Assembly (NCBI GenBank): GCA_030428565.1
Contig: JAUIDR010000009.1
Location: 9,986-73,985 of the forward strand
Direction: 5' to 3'
DNA length: 64,000 nt
From: Alphaproteobacteria bacterium
Lineage (GTDB): Bacteria; Pseudomonadota; Alphaproteobacteria; UBA7985; JAUIBT01
Made by a program: the position numbers and the translations under genes. Below, piece after piece: positions 49,101-57,845 of the stretch. The notes beneath the pieces are model-generated. The model searched no databases. It was not told the origin of the DNA and saw only the letters and a list, made by a program, of their open reading frames with translations. Each line of letters begins with the position of its first letter. Position 1 is the first letter of the stretch.

Positions 49101-49366
49101 GTGCCTTCAAGCTGGAGCTGGCGCGCAGTGGTCAGATACTAGAGGTGCCCGCGGACAAGAGCGCCGCGGACGTATTGATCGAAGCGGGCTTCAAGATCGA
49201 CCTCAAGTGTTCGGACGGCATATGCGGGGTCTGCAAGTGCGACTATATCAGCGGCGCAGTCGAACATCGCGACTTTGTGCTTTCGAATGCTCAGCGCCAG
49301 ACCAGCCTGATAACCTGCCAATCGCGCGCTGCAGAAGAGGACGGCCTGATCGTGTTGGATCTTTAG
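46142..49366 (+). CDS. self-sufficient (catabolic) reductive dehalogenase: RdhA-like cobalamin/2x[4Fe-4S] domain fused to a C-terminal PDR-like flavin reductase with [2Fe-2S] ferredoxin
   Basis: It is 1074 aa with an RBS AAGGAG. The first cluster is CEACNKCARECP. The second is the RdhA-type CxnCx2Cx3CP (CATYRITTEGGAMCGRCMKTCPW). The C-terminus has RxYS flavin, GGGIGVTP NAD(P)H and CSDGICGVCKC plant-type ferredoxin motifs. Confidence 0.75.
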   Translation: MAAKLFSTRKRPAHLGPYALEALRRGPMADLARAPKDPALRFSRPQTPAHIANAMADYQATMDAIRDGLVNGARAEIPADPQTRARHLKGFGYFSDADMVGIGPLDPACLREQPIRNPEIDRLAQDLKTRQTKTLASGIDVIMADLKDSMAAPPSGIQGHHTALVFAYGFGRDPGRGEPGRGEPGTAWIEDAQGERACLRAAETAVVLANYIRLLGFDAKAHTGTSSDVWLGRLALASGLASLEEGEICIPWLGNRFGLAAITTSLELAHDQPLAPLDQQPYSLIGGLHWQLGSKSAKSAGTQDPFAKRPYAKGPHPFETLKRVEVPTTYIDEAHVARVPKRTDMFARAQFGDMGKALQANAAGGYYARKSAPSYAQRRMLGAFVLLQDGQPAATRQQLDPQEAADLVKATSYFLGIDAVGISRCPPWAWYSHDATGAVIEPQHDQAISMITDQGFETMEGASGDDWISVAQSMRAYLRFSLLGGVVARQIRNLGYSAKAHTVMDGEVLQPPLLLLSGLGEVSRIGEVILNPFLGPRLKSGVVTTDLPMAHDAPIDFGLQRFCEACNKCARECPSGAITAGPKLMFNGYEIWKSDSQKCATYRITTEGGAMCGRCMKTCPWNLEGLFAEKPLRWLASNLPGLAKPLAKLDDLAGNGGLNPVKKWWWDIELYEDGAYRAARKPINERDLQTDLDLRYEDQTLAVYPAPLAPPPWPYPFPMNREAGIAAYEALISADEHKSKLAAGDTSHLHRYQVPEDAPVLEVRVTKAEAMTPDITKYEFQRPDGSALPAWSAGAHLDIVVAPEFLRQYSMSGDPADTSRYQIGVLREDEGRGGSKLMQRIFGEGRRVFISRPINHFELDESASKTFLMGGGIGVTPMIAFAHRLHALGKDFAFHYSCSRRDHAGYLDELAAVAWADRVRYHFSDEGSRADLNAILAGYQPGWHVYTCGPDRYMDGVIEAAERQGFPEEARHLEYFSVPEQPDYVNRAFKLELARSGQILEVPADKSAADVLIEAGFKIDLKCSDGICGVCKCDYISGAVEHRDFVLSNAQRQTSLITCQSRAAEEDGLIVLDL

Positions 49367-49515
49367 GGGGCTGGCTTGGTCCTTTTCCAGCGGCGCTGTC
49401 CTAGAGCGCGTTTCGTTGTCTTATCTTCACTGGTCGCGCTCTATAAATTTGAGATTGCTTCAGATGCACCTAGCGAACCTTTGGCACAATCCAGGGCGAT
49501 TGCTCGGGCTTTGCC

Positions 49516-51036
49516 CTAGCCCCGGATCTTGCTTGGTCCGTCGGCCATGAGGGCCTCTAGGAGTTTCAGGGAGTCTGCAAATCCTTGGTCTGCGGCCTTG
49601 CGTATCCAGATCATCGCCTTTTGACGATCTTTTTCAACGCCTTGCCCTTGCAAATACATGACCCCGAGATTGTGCTGGGACCCAGCCACGCCTTGCTCGG
49701 CGGCTTTGCGAAACCAATACGCGGCCTGGCGGTCATTTTGCGTCACGCCTTGGGCGAATAAGTAGGAAAAGCCAAGGTTGTGCTGCGCGTTTGCCATTCC
49801 CTGATCTGCCGCTTTGCGATACCAATCGACCGAGCTTTCGTAATCTTGGTCAACGCCCCAACCGCGTTCGTAAAATAAGCCGAGGTAGTACTGAGACTGA
49901 GCCAAGCCTTGGTCGGCCGCTTTGCGATACAAATCAGCAGCCTTTTCGTAACTTTGCAGCACCCCACGGCCCTCTTGATACATGAGCGCTAGGTTGTATT
50001 GAGACTCGGCATAGCCTTGATCGGCGGCCTTGCGATACAAAAGGGCTGCGGTTGCCGCGCTTTTGCCCACACCTTCGCCGCGCTCATACAGATAGCCAAG
50101 GCCATGTTGAGACTCGGCATGGCCTTGATCTGCCGCTTTGCGTAACCACATGACCGCTTCTTCAAGGTCACGCGCAACGCCCCGCCCCTGAACAAGCATG
50201 ATCGCGAGGATGTGCTGAGAGTCGGCGAGACCCTGTATGGCGGCCTTGCGATACCACACAGACGCTGATGCGTCGCTTTTGACCACGCCTTTACCGCGCT
50301 CATACAAATAGCCAAGATTGTGCTGGGACCGGGCATAACCTTGGCGTGCGGCTTTGCGCAACCAGGCGGATGCTTCTTCATCGCTTTGTGCCACTCCGCG
50401 CCCCTCAAGGTACAGGTTCGCTAGCTTGTGCTGCGCGCGGGCATAGCCTTGATCGGCCGCTTTGCGATACCACAGGGCTGCTGCTGCTTCATCCTGATCA
50501 ACACCATCGCCCGTCTCATACAAAGACGCTAGGTCATATTGAGCGCCACTATGTCCCTGCATCGCGGCTCGATGAAACCATTTGAACGCTTCATTGGGAT
50601 CTTTCGAAAACCCATTGCCGAAAAAATAGCCGACCCCGACCCTGTATTGCGCATCGCGATCCCGTCGCTCGGCCGCCATGAGGTACCAGCGGTTTGCCTT
50701 GGTCAGGTTTGGTTCAAGGCCCGTCCCTTTTTCAAAAAAGTACCCCAGCAAAAATTGCGCCTGTGCATGTCCTTTCACCGCCGCTTTGCGAAGCCACTTC
50801 GCGGCCTGTATTTCATCTTTCTCAACGCCAATACCGTTTAGGTAAAAGACTGCCAACTCCAGCTGGGCCGCCGCCACCCCTCGCTTTGCCAAAAGTCGAG
50901 TGCTCTCGATCCTTTGAGTCGAGACTTGAGCTTCAAGTTGAATTTTCGTTTGGCCCTGAGCCTGAGCCACAAAGCAAGATAGGGCCGCTGCCAGAAATAT
51001 GACGATGCGCGTTTTCAACGGGAAGTCCTCGCCCAT
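49516..51036 (-). CDS. Sel1-repeat (SLR/TPR-like) protein, secreted
   Basis: It has about 13 tandem Sel1 repeats (A..W.RKAA.QG...AQ..LG.Y) and a signal peptide. The start was chosen at MGEDF (51036). Confidence 0.8.
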   Translation of the reverse strand: MGEDFPLKTRIVIFLAAALSCFVAQAQGQTKIQLEAQVSTQRIESTRLLAKRGVAAAQLELAVFYLNGIGVEKDEIQAAKWLRKAAVKGHAQAQFLLGYFFEKGTGLEPNLTKANRWYLMAAERRDRDAQYRVGVGYFFGNGFSKDPNEAFKWFHRAAMQGHSGAQYDLASLYETGDGVDQDEAAAALWYRKAADQGYARAQHKLANLYLEGRGVAQSDEEASAWLRKAARQGYARSQHNLGYLYERGKGVVKSDASASVWYRKAAIQGLADSQHILAIMLVQGRGVARDLEEAVMWLRKAADQGHAESQHGLGYLYERGEGVGKSAATAALLYRKAADQGYAESQYNLALMYQEGRGVLQSYEKAADLYRKAADQGLAQSQYYLGLFYERGWGVDQDYESSVDWYRKAADQGMANAQHNLGFSYLFAQGVTQNDRQAAYWFRKAAEQGVAGSQHNLGVMYLQGQGVEKDRQKAMIWIRKAADQGFADSLKLLEALMADGPSKIRG

Positions 51037-51249
51037 GGGAGTTTGCCGAAACCACCAGAGCTTGCCCCGTTTTAAACCCAGGCATTGCATGCTCCAGAGT
51101 TTAGAACCCTAGGCCAAATACCCTACGTTTGCAATCTACATTTATGTTTATTGAAGCGCTACTACGTAACCATCACACCGGCAGCCGCGCGCTCAGGCCT
51201 TGGTTTCTAACGCAAGGCCATGCGCCTAGATGCCTCCTGTTGGCCGCCG

Positions 51250-52245
51250 CTAGGCCACCTCGGGCGTACCGTGAGTATGGAAGCTCTCGATGGTCTTGAG
51301 GCCCCAGGCCTGGCCCTTCTTGCGCTCGCTCTCGGTCCAGGTCACCGGCTGCCAGTCGGGACGCAGGATGAGGCGCGCGCCCGCATTGGCCAATTCGACC
51401 CGGTTGCCGGCGGGCTCCCAGACATAGAGGAAAAAGGTGCCCTGAACCGCGTGCTTGTGCGGGCCTGTCTCGATATGAACGCCATTCTCCAAGAAGATAT
51501 CCGCCGCACGCAAAATGTCTTCACGTTGGTCGGTGGCATAAGTGACATGGTGAAAGCGATTGCAGGCCTGCTTGTGATCCACCGTCACCGCAATGTCGTA
51601 GGATTTGTTGTTGACCGTAAACCAACAGCCCGCCAATTGGCCGCTGTCGAGCTGAATTTGCTCGGTCACGCGCGAGCCCAGACAGGCCATCATGAAGTCG
51701 CGGAAATCTTCGACCGAGCGCACCAGAAGATTGAGGTGATCCAAGCGGCGCGGACAACAGCCACGACCGTGGTAGCGCTGAGCCAAGTTCTTGAGCGCCG
51801 GGCGCTCGGCTTCAGGCGCTTGATAGGGATGGGTATCCCAGTAAATTTCAAACTCATGATCGTCGGGTGATTTGAAGCGATAGGCGCGACCATGGCTGAG
51901 GTCACCTTCGATCCACTCACCGGCAAAACCCGCTGCTTCAATCGCCGCGACCCGCCGCTCTAGCGCCGCCGCCGAGCTGGTACGATAGGCAATGTGGCCG
52001 ACGCCGGTGGTCTCGCTGCGTGTCAGCTTCAACGTGGCGTACTCGTAATCGTCGAACGCGCGCAGATAGGCCGAGGTCTCGTCGCGCCCGCTCTCGGTCA
52101 ACCCATAGACACGGGTAAAGAAATCGAGGCTCTCTTCGAACTTATCAGTCAACACTTCGACATGTGCCAAGTGGGCAATATCAAAGCAGGGTTCGCCATT
52201 TGAGATCGGGGTATCTTTCTGCGTATCTTTCTGGGTATCGGTCAT
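51250..52245 (-). CDS. catechol 2,3-dioxygenase-type extradiol ring-cleavage dioxygenase (VOC superfamily)
   Basis: The C-terminal half is collinear with XylE-type C23O (HHVTYATDQ...LRAADIF...GP.KH...PVTWT). The N-terminal TQKDTQKD comes from a 12-nt duplication. Confidence 0.75.
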   Translation of the reverse strand: MTDTQKDTQKDTPISNGEPCFDIAHLAHVEVLTDKFEESLDFFTRVYGLTESGRDETSAYLRAFDDYEYATLKLTRSETTGVGHIAYRTSSAAALERRVAAIEAAGFAGEWIEGDLSHGRAYRFKSPDDHEFEIYWDTHPYQAPEAERPALKNLAQRYHGRGCCPRRLDHLNLLVRSVEDFRDFMMACLGSRVTEQIQLDSGQLAGCWFTVNNKSYDIAVTVDHKQACNRFHHVTYATDQREDILRAADIFLENGVHIETGPHKHAVQGTFFLYVWEPAGNRVELANAGARLILRPDWQPVTWTESERKKGQAWGLKTIESFHTHGTPEVA

Positions 52246-52399
52246 AGCTGTGGCTTCCTTCCTTAGGCAACCCCGAACAACTGGCTCGAGTTGTGGCGGC
52301 AAATTGGAGAGGCCTCAGGCTAGCCAATCTGGCCGGGCGCGCAGAATCAATTCTGCCTCCCAGCCTTCCAAAAAAGCTATAGTGCGGCGTGCAGGCGCC

Positions 52400-52966
52400 T
52401 TAGGATTGGGCCAACACCAAGGCTTGTGCGACGATGACCTGATCGCCATTGGTGGTCAGCGACGGCGTGCCGTGCAAGACGTAACCATCCGCCAAGGCCG
52501 CTGAGACGCGCTCGCAAAAGCTGCGATCATCCGGCCCGGTCAAAACGCGATAAGCCAGTTTGGTCTCGCGCTCTGCTTCCTCACCGCTGCCGACCTGCTT
52601 TTCTTCGATGCGAAACCGCGCGTTGGCATCGTCCACGGTCTCCCACGCCAGACGTTGCCACTCCTTCTTAGCCGCCTCATAGCTGTCAAAGGGGCCGTAG
52701 TGCTGCTCACTGGCGCTTTGGTCGAAGTCGGTGCTCTCGTAGACGCCGCCTACGACCCAAAACTCGGGCTCATCAGGCTGCTCGACACTCTCAATCGTAA
52801 AGTAGGATTGGCAGTCGTCTACGGTTTGCCAAGCCAAGCCTTGCCAAACTTTTTGCGCAGACTCATAGCTGTCAAAGGGGCCGAACTGCTGTTCCTTTTC
52901 GCCGGGGGCTAAGGTCGTAAAGCTGGTGTCGGTATAATTACCGCCCTTTACCCAAAATCGTTTCAT
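52400..52966 (-). CDS. tandem DUF4170-DUF4170-DUF1737 protein
   Basis: Two homologous roughly 60-aa modules (FWV.GG.Y...GPFDSYE.A...W..LAW.TVDD) are followed by a DUF1737-like tail (ALADGYVLHG). Confidence 0.6.
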   Translation of the reverse strand: MKRFWVKGGNYTDTSFTTLAPGEKEQQFGPFDSYESAQKVWQGLAWQTVDDCQSYFTIESVEQPDEPEFWVVGGVYESTDFDQSASEQHYGPFDSYEAAKKEWQRLAWETVDDANARFRIEEKQVGSGEEAERETKLAYRVLTGPDDRSFCERVSAALADGYVLHGTPSLTTNGDQVIVAQALVLAQS

Positions 52967-53049
52967 TTGCTCGTCTCTCAAAAGTGAGGGGCTTATTGCC
53001 CTCAATTGTGGCCTTGGTTGCGGAAAAGCCCGCTATCGAGCCCGCGCCG

Positions 53050-54462
53050 CTAGCGCGGCACAAAAAAGTCTGCGCGCAATCCGCCCATAGGCGATTGCCC
53101 GAGTTCTAGCCTTCCGCCGTGGGCAAGAGCAATGTCTAATGTAATAGACAAGCCCAAGCCAACCCCGCCCGTGGCTTCGTTGCGGCTCTCTTCAAGGCGA
53201 AAGAACGGCTGCAAGACCTCATCACGCCGATGCTCTGGAATGCCGGGGCCGTCGTCATCGACACGGATCATCAAGCCGGTTCTGTCGGCCGACAAGGTGA
53301 TACGAATGCGCGAGGCAAAGCGTTGGGCGTTGACCACCAGATTTTCCACCGCCCGCCGCACGGCTTGCGGCATGACCATGGCCTCATAGGGCCCAAGCAG
53401 CGTTCTGGCTTCTTCATCGTCATCATCACCCAACAAGGCCCCAGGATCGGGACCATCGCCAGCACCAGCCGCGCGCGGCAAGTTGGCCGCCTTGACCGGT
53501 TGTAACACCAATTGCAGCTCGCTTGGACCGGTGTTGGCTTCGACGATCTTTCGCAGCATGACCGACAAATCGCGGCGCTCCAGCGCTTCCACCCCCTCGC
53601 CGCGCGCAAAGGCTAAGTAGCCCTCGATCATGGCCTCCATATCCTTGATGTCGGCTTCGACCGCCTCGCGGGTCTCATCGTCGTTGCTCATGGCCAGCGC
53701 CAAGCGCATACGGGTCAAAGGCGTGCGCAGATCGTGGCTGACCCCGGCCAGCATGCGAGTGCGCTGGGTCACTTGGCGACGCAGACGGTCGCGCATACCG
53801 ATAAAGGCGGTGGCAGCCTGGCGGACCTCACTGGCGCCTTCTGCTTTAAAGCGTGCCACGTCGCGGCCCTTGCCAAATTCCTCTGCTGCGTGCGCCAGGC
53901 GGTGAATGGGGCGCACCTGATTGCGCCAAAACAGGCCCGCGACACCGAATAGCAAGAAGCCCGCGCCCAAAAACCAGGATAAGAAGATGTAAATGGTGGT
54001 CGAGAACAGGCGCTTACGGCTGATCCAAAAGGTGAGATAGGTCGGATCTTCCCACTTCAGCGCGATATGCACCAAGACCTCGCCTTCCTGGCTCACTTCG
54101 TCGATGGAAAAGGGGCGGTCCACCTTGGCCAGGCCCTGCGACAGGCGCGCGCGCAACGCAGTGGGCGTCAAAAGCGTCCAACCCTTGCCCACCGTTCGTG
54201 GCAAAGCGCCTTCATGCAAGCTCACCTTGAGGCCCATGGTGTGCGCGGCCAAGCTAAAGATAGCCTGTTGTTCGGAGGCAAGGCTCGTGTCTTCGACCAT
54301 CAGCACCAGCGCGTGCATCTCCGAAGACAGGGAGCTGGCCAAGCGCTTGGTCACAACCTGCCAGTGCCGGTCATAAAAGACCCAAGAGGCAATGATCTGC
54401 ATGAGCAACAAGGGCGTCATGATTATCAGCACCGAACGCCACCACAAAGAGCGCGGCATCAC
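53050..54462 (-). CDS. two-component sensor histidine kinase (EnvZ-like)
   Basis: It has two TM segments, a HAMP domain, a HisKA H-box GVSHDLRTPLTRMRL and an HATPase_c region with a GGVGLGLSI G-box. Confidence 0.88.
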   Translation of the reverse strand: MMPRSLWWRSVLIIMTPLLLMQIIASWVFYDRHWQVVTKRLASSLSSEMHALVLMVEDTSLASEQQAIFSLAAHTMGLKVSLHEGALPRTVGKGWTLLTPTALRARLSQGLAKVDRPFSIDEVSQEGEVLVHIALKWEDPTYLTFWISRKRLFSTTIYIFLSWFLGAGFLLFGVAGLFWRNQVRPIHRLAHAAEEFGKGRDVARFKAEGASEVRQAATAFIGMRDRLRRQVTQRTRMLAGVSHDLRTPLTRMRLALAMSNDDETREAVEADIKDMEAMIEGYLAFARGEGVEALERRDLSVMLRKIVEANTGPSELQLVLQPVKAANLPRAAGAGDGPDPGALLGDDDDEEARTLLGPYEAMVMPQAVRRAVENLVVNAQRFASRIRITLSADRTGLMIRVDDDGPGIPEHRRDEVLQPFFRLEESRNEATGGVGLGLSITLDIALAHGGRLELGQSPMGGLRADFFVPR

Positions 54463-54512
54463 CCCTTTGAAGACCGAAAAGGGGCGCCCGGCGAGCCTGA
54501 GATATTGGCGCG

Positions 54513-55205
54513 TTAGTCGCTTAGCAGCACGTAGCCAACGCCGCGTATGGTCTGTAAGTAGCGTGGGAATCTTGGATTTTCCTCAATCTTGCGCCGCAGA
54601 CGTGCGATTTGAACGTCGATGGAGCGGGTGGTGACATCACCGCTGCCATCGCCCAATTCTTCGCGGGCCACGGCCTCGCCCGAGGCCTTGGCCAGTTGCA
54701 TGAGTAACTGCGATTCGCCCGGCGCCAAGCGCACCAGCGCCTCGCCCTCGTGGAGTTCAGCGCGGTCCATATCAAAGCGAAAGCGCCCGAAGGTGATGGA
54801 GTTGGCGGGCGCAACATCGGTGGCCTGGGGCGGACCGGCTTGACGTCGCAAAATGCTGCGCAATCGCGCCACCAACTCACGCGGATCGAAGGGCTTGGAT
54901 AGATAATCGTCCGCGCCCAGCTCCAGGCCGCCAATCCGATCATCGGCTTCGCCCTTGGCGCTGATGAGCAGCACCGGCATGTCGGAAGATTTGCGCAACG
55001 ATTCGATAAAACTGAGCCCGGTCTCACCCGGCATCATGATATCAAGCACCATGGCATCAAAGGCGATTGATTGCATCAATTGACGCGCCGCTTGCGCCGA
55101 GGCAGCGACCGAGACCACAAAGCCATTATCCCGCAAAAAGCGCTGCAGCAGCGCGCGCAAGCGGTCGTCGTCATCAACAACAAGGACGTGGTCACAGCTT
55201 TCCAT
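54513..55205 (-). CDS. OmpR-family response regulator
   Basis: It has the receiver domain VLVVDDD...DAMVLDIMMPG and a C-terminal winged-helix trans_reg_C domain. It is 230 aa. Confidence 0.9.
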   Translation of the reverse strand: MESCDHVLVVDDDDRLRALLQRFLRDNGFVVSVAASAQAARQLMQSIAFDAMVLDIMMPGETGLSFIESLRKSSDMPVLLISAKGEADDRIGGLELGADDYLSKPFDPRELVARLRSILRRQAGPPQATDVAPANSITFGRFRFDMDRAELHEGEALVRLAPGESQLLMQLAKASGEAVAREELGDGSGDVTTRSIDVQIARLRRKIEENPRFPRYLQTIRGVGYVLLSD

Positions 55206-55223
55206 AACGGCAGCCTATGCGCT

Positions 55224-55778
55224 TTAGCGGCGGCGGTCTAGTGGGCGATTGGCGACGCTGGCACTCCCTTTGGAGCGAAGGGCGCGCGGTTGCGGCGCTG
55301 GCGCAGCAAATCGGGCTCGATCCAAGGGCTCCTGGATCAGGCCTAGCATGACTTTCCGAAAACCATCAACCGAGCTGGCTTCGGCTTGCTCGTAGGCGCT
55401 GAGGATCAGATCTTGCTGGGCCTTGGCCAAACGGTTTTGCAAATCCTGGCCCTTGTCCGTAAGGGTCAACTCGCGCCGCCGTGCATCCTGTCCTGAGGCC
55501 TTGGAAGTCACATAGCCCTGCTCGACCAACTGCTTCAGCACGCGTGATAGCGATTGTTTGGTAATTCGCAAGGTGGCCAATAGCTCCGACACGCTGAGCC
55601 CTGGCGATTGGGCGACGAAGTGCAGCACGCGATGGTGCGCGCGCCCGAATCCGTGCTCTGCCAGCAGGGCATCGGCCACGCCGGTAAAATCGCGGTAGGC
55701 AAAAAACAGCAACTCGACCGCTTCGTGCAAAGAATCTTCGTGCAAGAACAAGCTTGCGTGTTTTTTTGGGTCAGCCAT
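55224..55778 (-). CDS. MarR-family transcriptional regulator
   Basis: It has a wHTH region, LSVSELLATLRITKQSLSRVLKQLVEQGYV. It is 184 aa. Confidence 0.85.
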   Translation of the reverse strand: MADPKKHASLFLHEDSLHEAVELLFFAYRDFTGVADALLAEHGFGRAHHRVLHFVAQSPGLSVSELLATLRITKQSLSRVLKQLVEQGYVTSKASGQDARRRELTLTDKGQDLQNRLAKAQQDLILSAYEQAEASSVDGFRKVMLGLIQEPLDRARFAAPAPQPRALRSKGSASVANRPLDRRR

Positions 55779-55870
55779 ATTGACTTAATATTTTGCCCTT
55801 GTAGGCTTTGATTAGGGTATGCCTCAATGAGGGCGTTCGAGGAAAGGATTGGAAGCTTGTCTGATGGCGA

Positions 55871-55887
55871 TTGACATATTCTGTCAA
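55871..55887. promoter_or_regulatory. 17-bp perfect palindrome TTGACATATTCTGTCAA, candidate MarR operator
   Basis: It lies in the divergent intergenic region between the marR-like gene (-) and ilvE (+). It is a dyad of 6-bp arms, which suits a dimeric wHTH regulator. Confidence 0.4.
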
Positions 55888-56022
55888 GCCTCCTTTATCT
55901 TTTGACACAAAACGCAAACCCGGCAAACACTTAGCAACCGCTAGCCGCAAACAAGGGCCAAGGGCAAGATTGGGGAGCAACCACCGATCTGCACCGACCG
56001 TCCAAAACCATCGAGAGAACGC

Positions 56023-56883
56023 ATGTCTATTCTGCCTTTTGACGACCGTGACGGTACGATTTGGATGAACGGCCAGCTCAAGAGCTGGCGCGATTGCAAG
56101 ACCCATGTATTGACCCATGGCCTGCACTATGGCTCGTCGGTCTTTGAGGGCGAGCGCTCCTATGGCGGGAAGGTCTTCAAGCTGGAAGAGCACACCCAGC
56201 GCTTGTTTGACTCCGCCAAGCTGATGGACATGAAAATCCCCTTCAGCCAGCAAGAAATCAATGAAGCCTGCTATCGCGTGTTGGAAGCCAACAACATCGT
56301 TGACGGCTATCTGCGCCCCGTGGCGTGGCGTGGTTCTGAGATGATGGCGGTCTCTGCGCAGAACACCAAGATCCACGTCGCGATTGCGGCTTGGTCTTGG
56401 CCTGCTTACTTCAAAAACGAAGCCATTTCCCTGGGCTGGGCCAAGTACCGCCGCCCCTCGCCGGAATCGGCACCCGTTCACGCCAAGGCAGCAGGTCTTT
56501 ATATGATCTGTACCCTGTCTAAGCACGAGTGTGAGAGCCAAGGCTTTGACGATGCACTGATGTTGGACTATCGCGGCCAAGTCGCCGAGGCCACCGGCGC
56601 TAACGTCTTCTTCATCAAAGATGGTGAGCTGCACACGCCCATCGCCGATTGCTTCTTGAACGGTATCACCCGCCGCACCGTGATTGAGCTGGCACAAGGT
56701 CTTGGCATCAAGGTCAATGAGCGCGTCATCATGCCCGAAGAACTGCCCGACATGCAGGAGTGTTTCCTGGTCGGCACGGCGGTCGAGGTCAAGCCGGTCG
56801 CCCGCATTGGGGACATTTCCTTCCAGGTTGGTGAGATTTCCAACAAGCTGATGGAAGCCTACAGCGCCCTGGTCCGCAGCTAA
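56023..56883 (+). CDS. ilvE: branched-chain-amino-acid aminotransferase (PLP fold type IV)
   Basis: Contains YGSSVFEGER, YLRPVAWRG and a conserved class IV aminotransferase core. It is 286 aa. Confidence 0.8.
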   Translation: MSILPFDDRDGTIWMNGQLKSWRDCKTHVLTHGLHYGSSVFEGERSYGGKVFKLEEHTQRLFDSAKLMDMKIPFSQQEINEACYRVLEANNIVDGYLRPVAWRGSEMMAVSAQNTKIHVAIAAWSWPAYFKNEAISLGWAKYRRPSPESAPVHAKAAGLYMICTLSKHECESQGFDDALMLDYRGQVAEATGANVFFIKDGELHTPIADCFLNGITRRTVIELAQGLGIKVNERVIMPEELPDMQECFLVGTAVEVKPVARIGDISFQVGEISNKLMEAYSALVRS

Positions 56884-56980
56884 GCCACGCAGCTTGCCGA
56901 TCACAAGATAAACGCCGCAACGCCCTTGATTAAGCGCCGCAACGCCCCGGGCCATGCGGCATTGCCAAAAGGCCTCGTCG

Positions 56981-57008
56981 CCGCGACCAGCGGGGCGGGG
57001 CTTTTTCG
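56981..57008 (+). terminator. possible intrinsic terminator downstream of ilvE (GC hairpin plus T5)
   Basis: The sequence CCGCGACCAGCGGGGCGGGGCTTTTTCG has a short imperfect stem followed by a T-run. Confidence 0.3.
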
Positions 57009-57213
57009 TGACGGAATGGTGCCTGTCGTTTTTGGGCTGTCGGTCTTCAGGCCCCCTCGGCTCACCGTTGAGTGAGGCGCGCTGAACAACGACAGAAAAT
57101 TCGCGCTGTTCGGCCCTTTCAACGGCGCCTGTGCGAACCGCGCCAATTCGAAGCTGGAAGTCGCCCGCGCTTCAGGCTAGAGCTGCGGGACACAGGTAAG
57201 GACTTTTGAAACA

Positions 57214-57795
57214 ATGCTCAAAAACCTCTACGATTGGACCCTGGCACAAGCGGCCAAACCCGCAGCGGTTTGGTGGTTGGCCTTTGTCTCGGCCATCGAA
57301 TCGATCTTCTTTCCCATCCCCCAAGATGTGATGATGATCCCCATGATGTTGGCCGACCGCAAGCGCGCTTTCATCATCGCCACCTACGCACTAGTGGGCT
57401 CGATTTTCGGCGCGGCGCTGGGCTTTGCAATCGGCTGGGGCTTTTATGAGTTGATCGGCAAGCCCATCATCGCGGCGCTCGGCTATGTCGATAAGGCCGA
57501 AGCCCTAAGGCTCTCTTTGGTCGATAACGCCTGGTGGATTATTTTGACCGGGGGCATCACCCCGGTGCCCTTCAAGCTGATCGTGCTGATTTCAGGCTGG
57601 GCCAAGGTCAACTTCTTTATGTTCATGGGGCTGGCCTTGTTTGGCCGCGCGCTGCGATTTTATGCCTTCGCAATCGCTTTCTATCTATTCGGCGATACCA
57701 TGAAGCAATTGATTGATCGCTATTTTAACGCTCTGGCGGTGGCCTTTGTGGTCATCTTTGTCGGGGGCTTTGTCGCCCTGCGCTACTTGTTTTAA
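57214..57795 (+). CDS. YqaA-family (DedA/SNARE-associated-like) inner-membrane protein
   Basis: It has about 5 TM helices and the conserved YqaA N-terminal sequence WWLAFVSAIESIFFPIPQD. It is 193 aa. Confidence 0.7.
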   Translation: MLKNLYDWTLAQAAKPAAVWWLAFVSAIESIFFPIPQDVMMIPMMLADRKRAFIIATYALVGSIFGAALGFAIGWGFYELIGKPIIAALGYVDKAEALRLSLVDNAWWIILTGGITPVPFKLIVLISGWAKVNFFMFMGLALFGRALRFYAFAIAFYLFGDTMKQLIDRYFNALAVAFVVIFVGGFVALRYLF

Positions 57796-57845
57796 CCGCA
57801 GTCGGCGCTTGCTCTGCCCGCAACCACCCACTTGGAAGACCTGTC

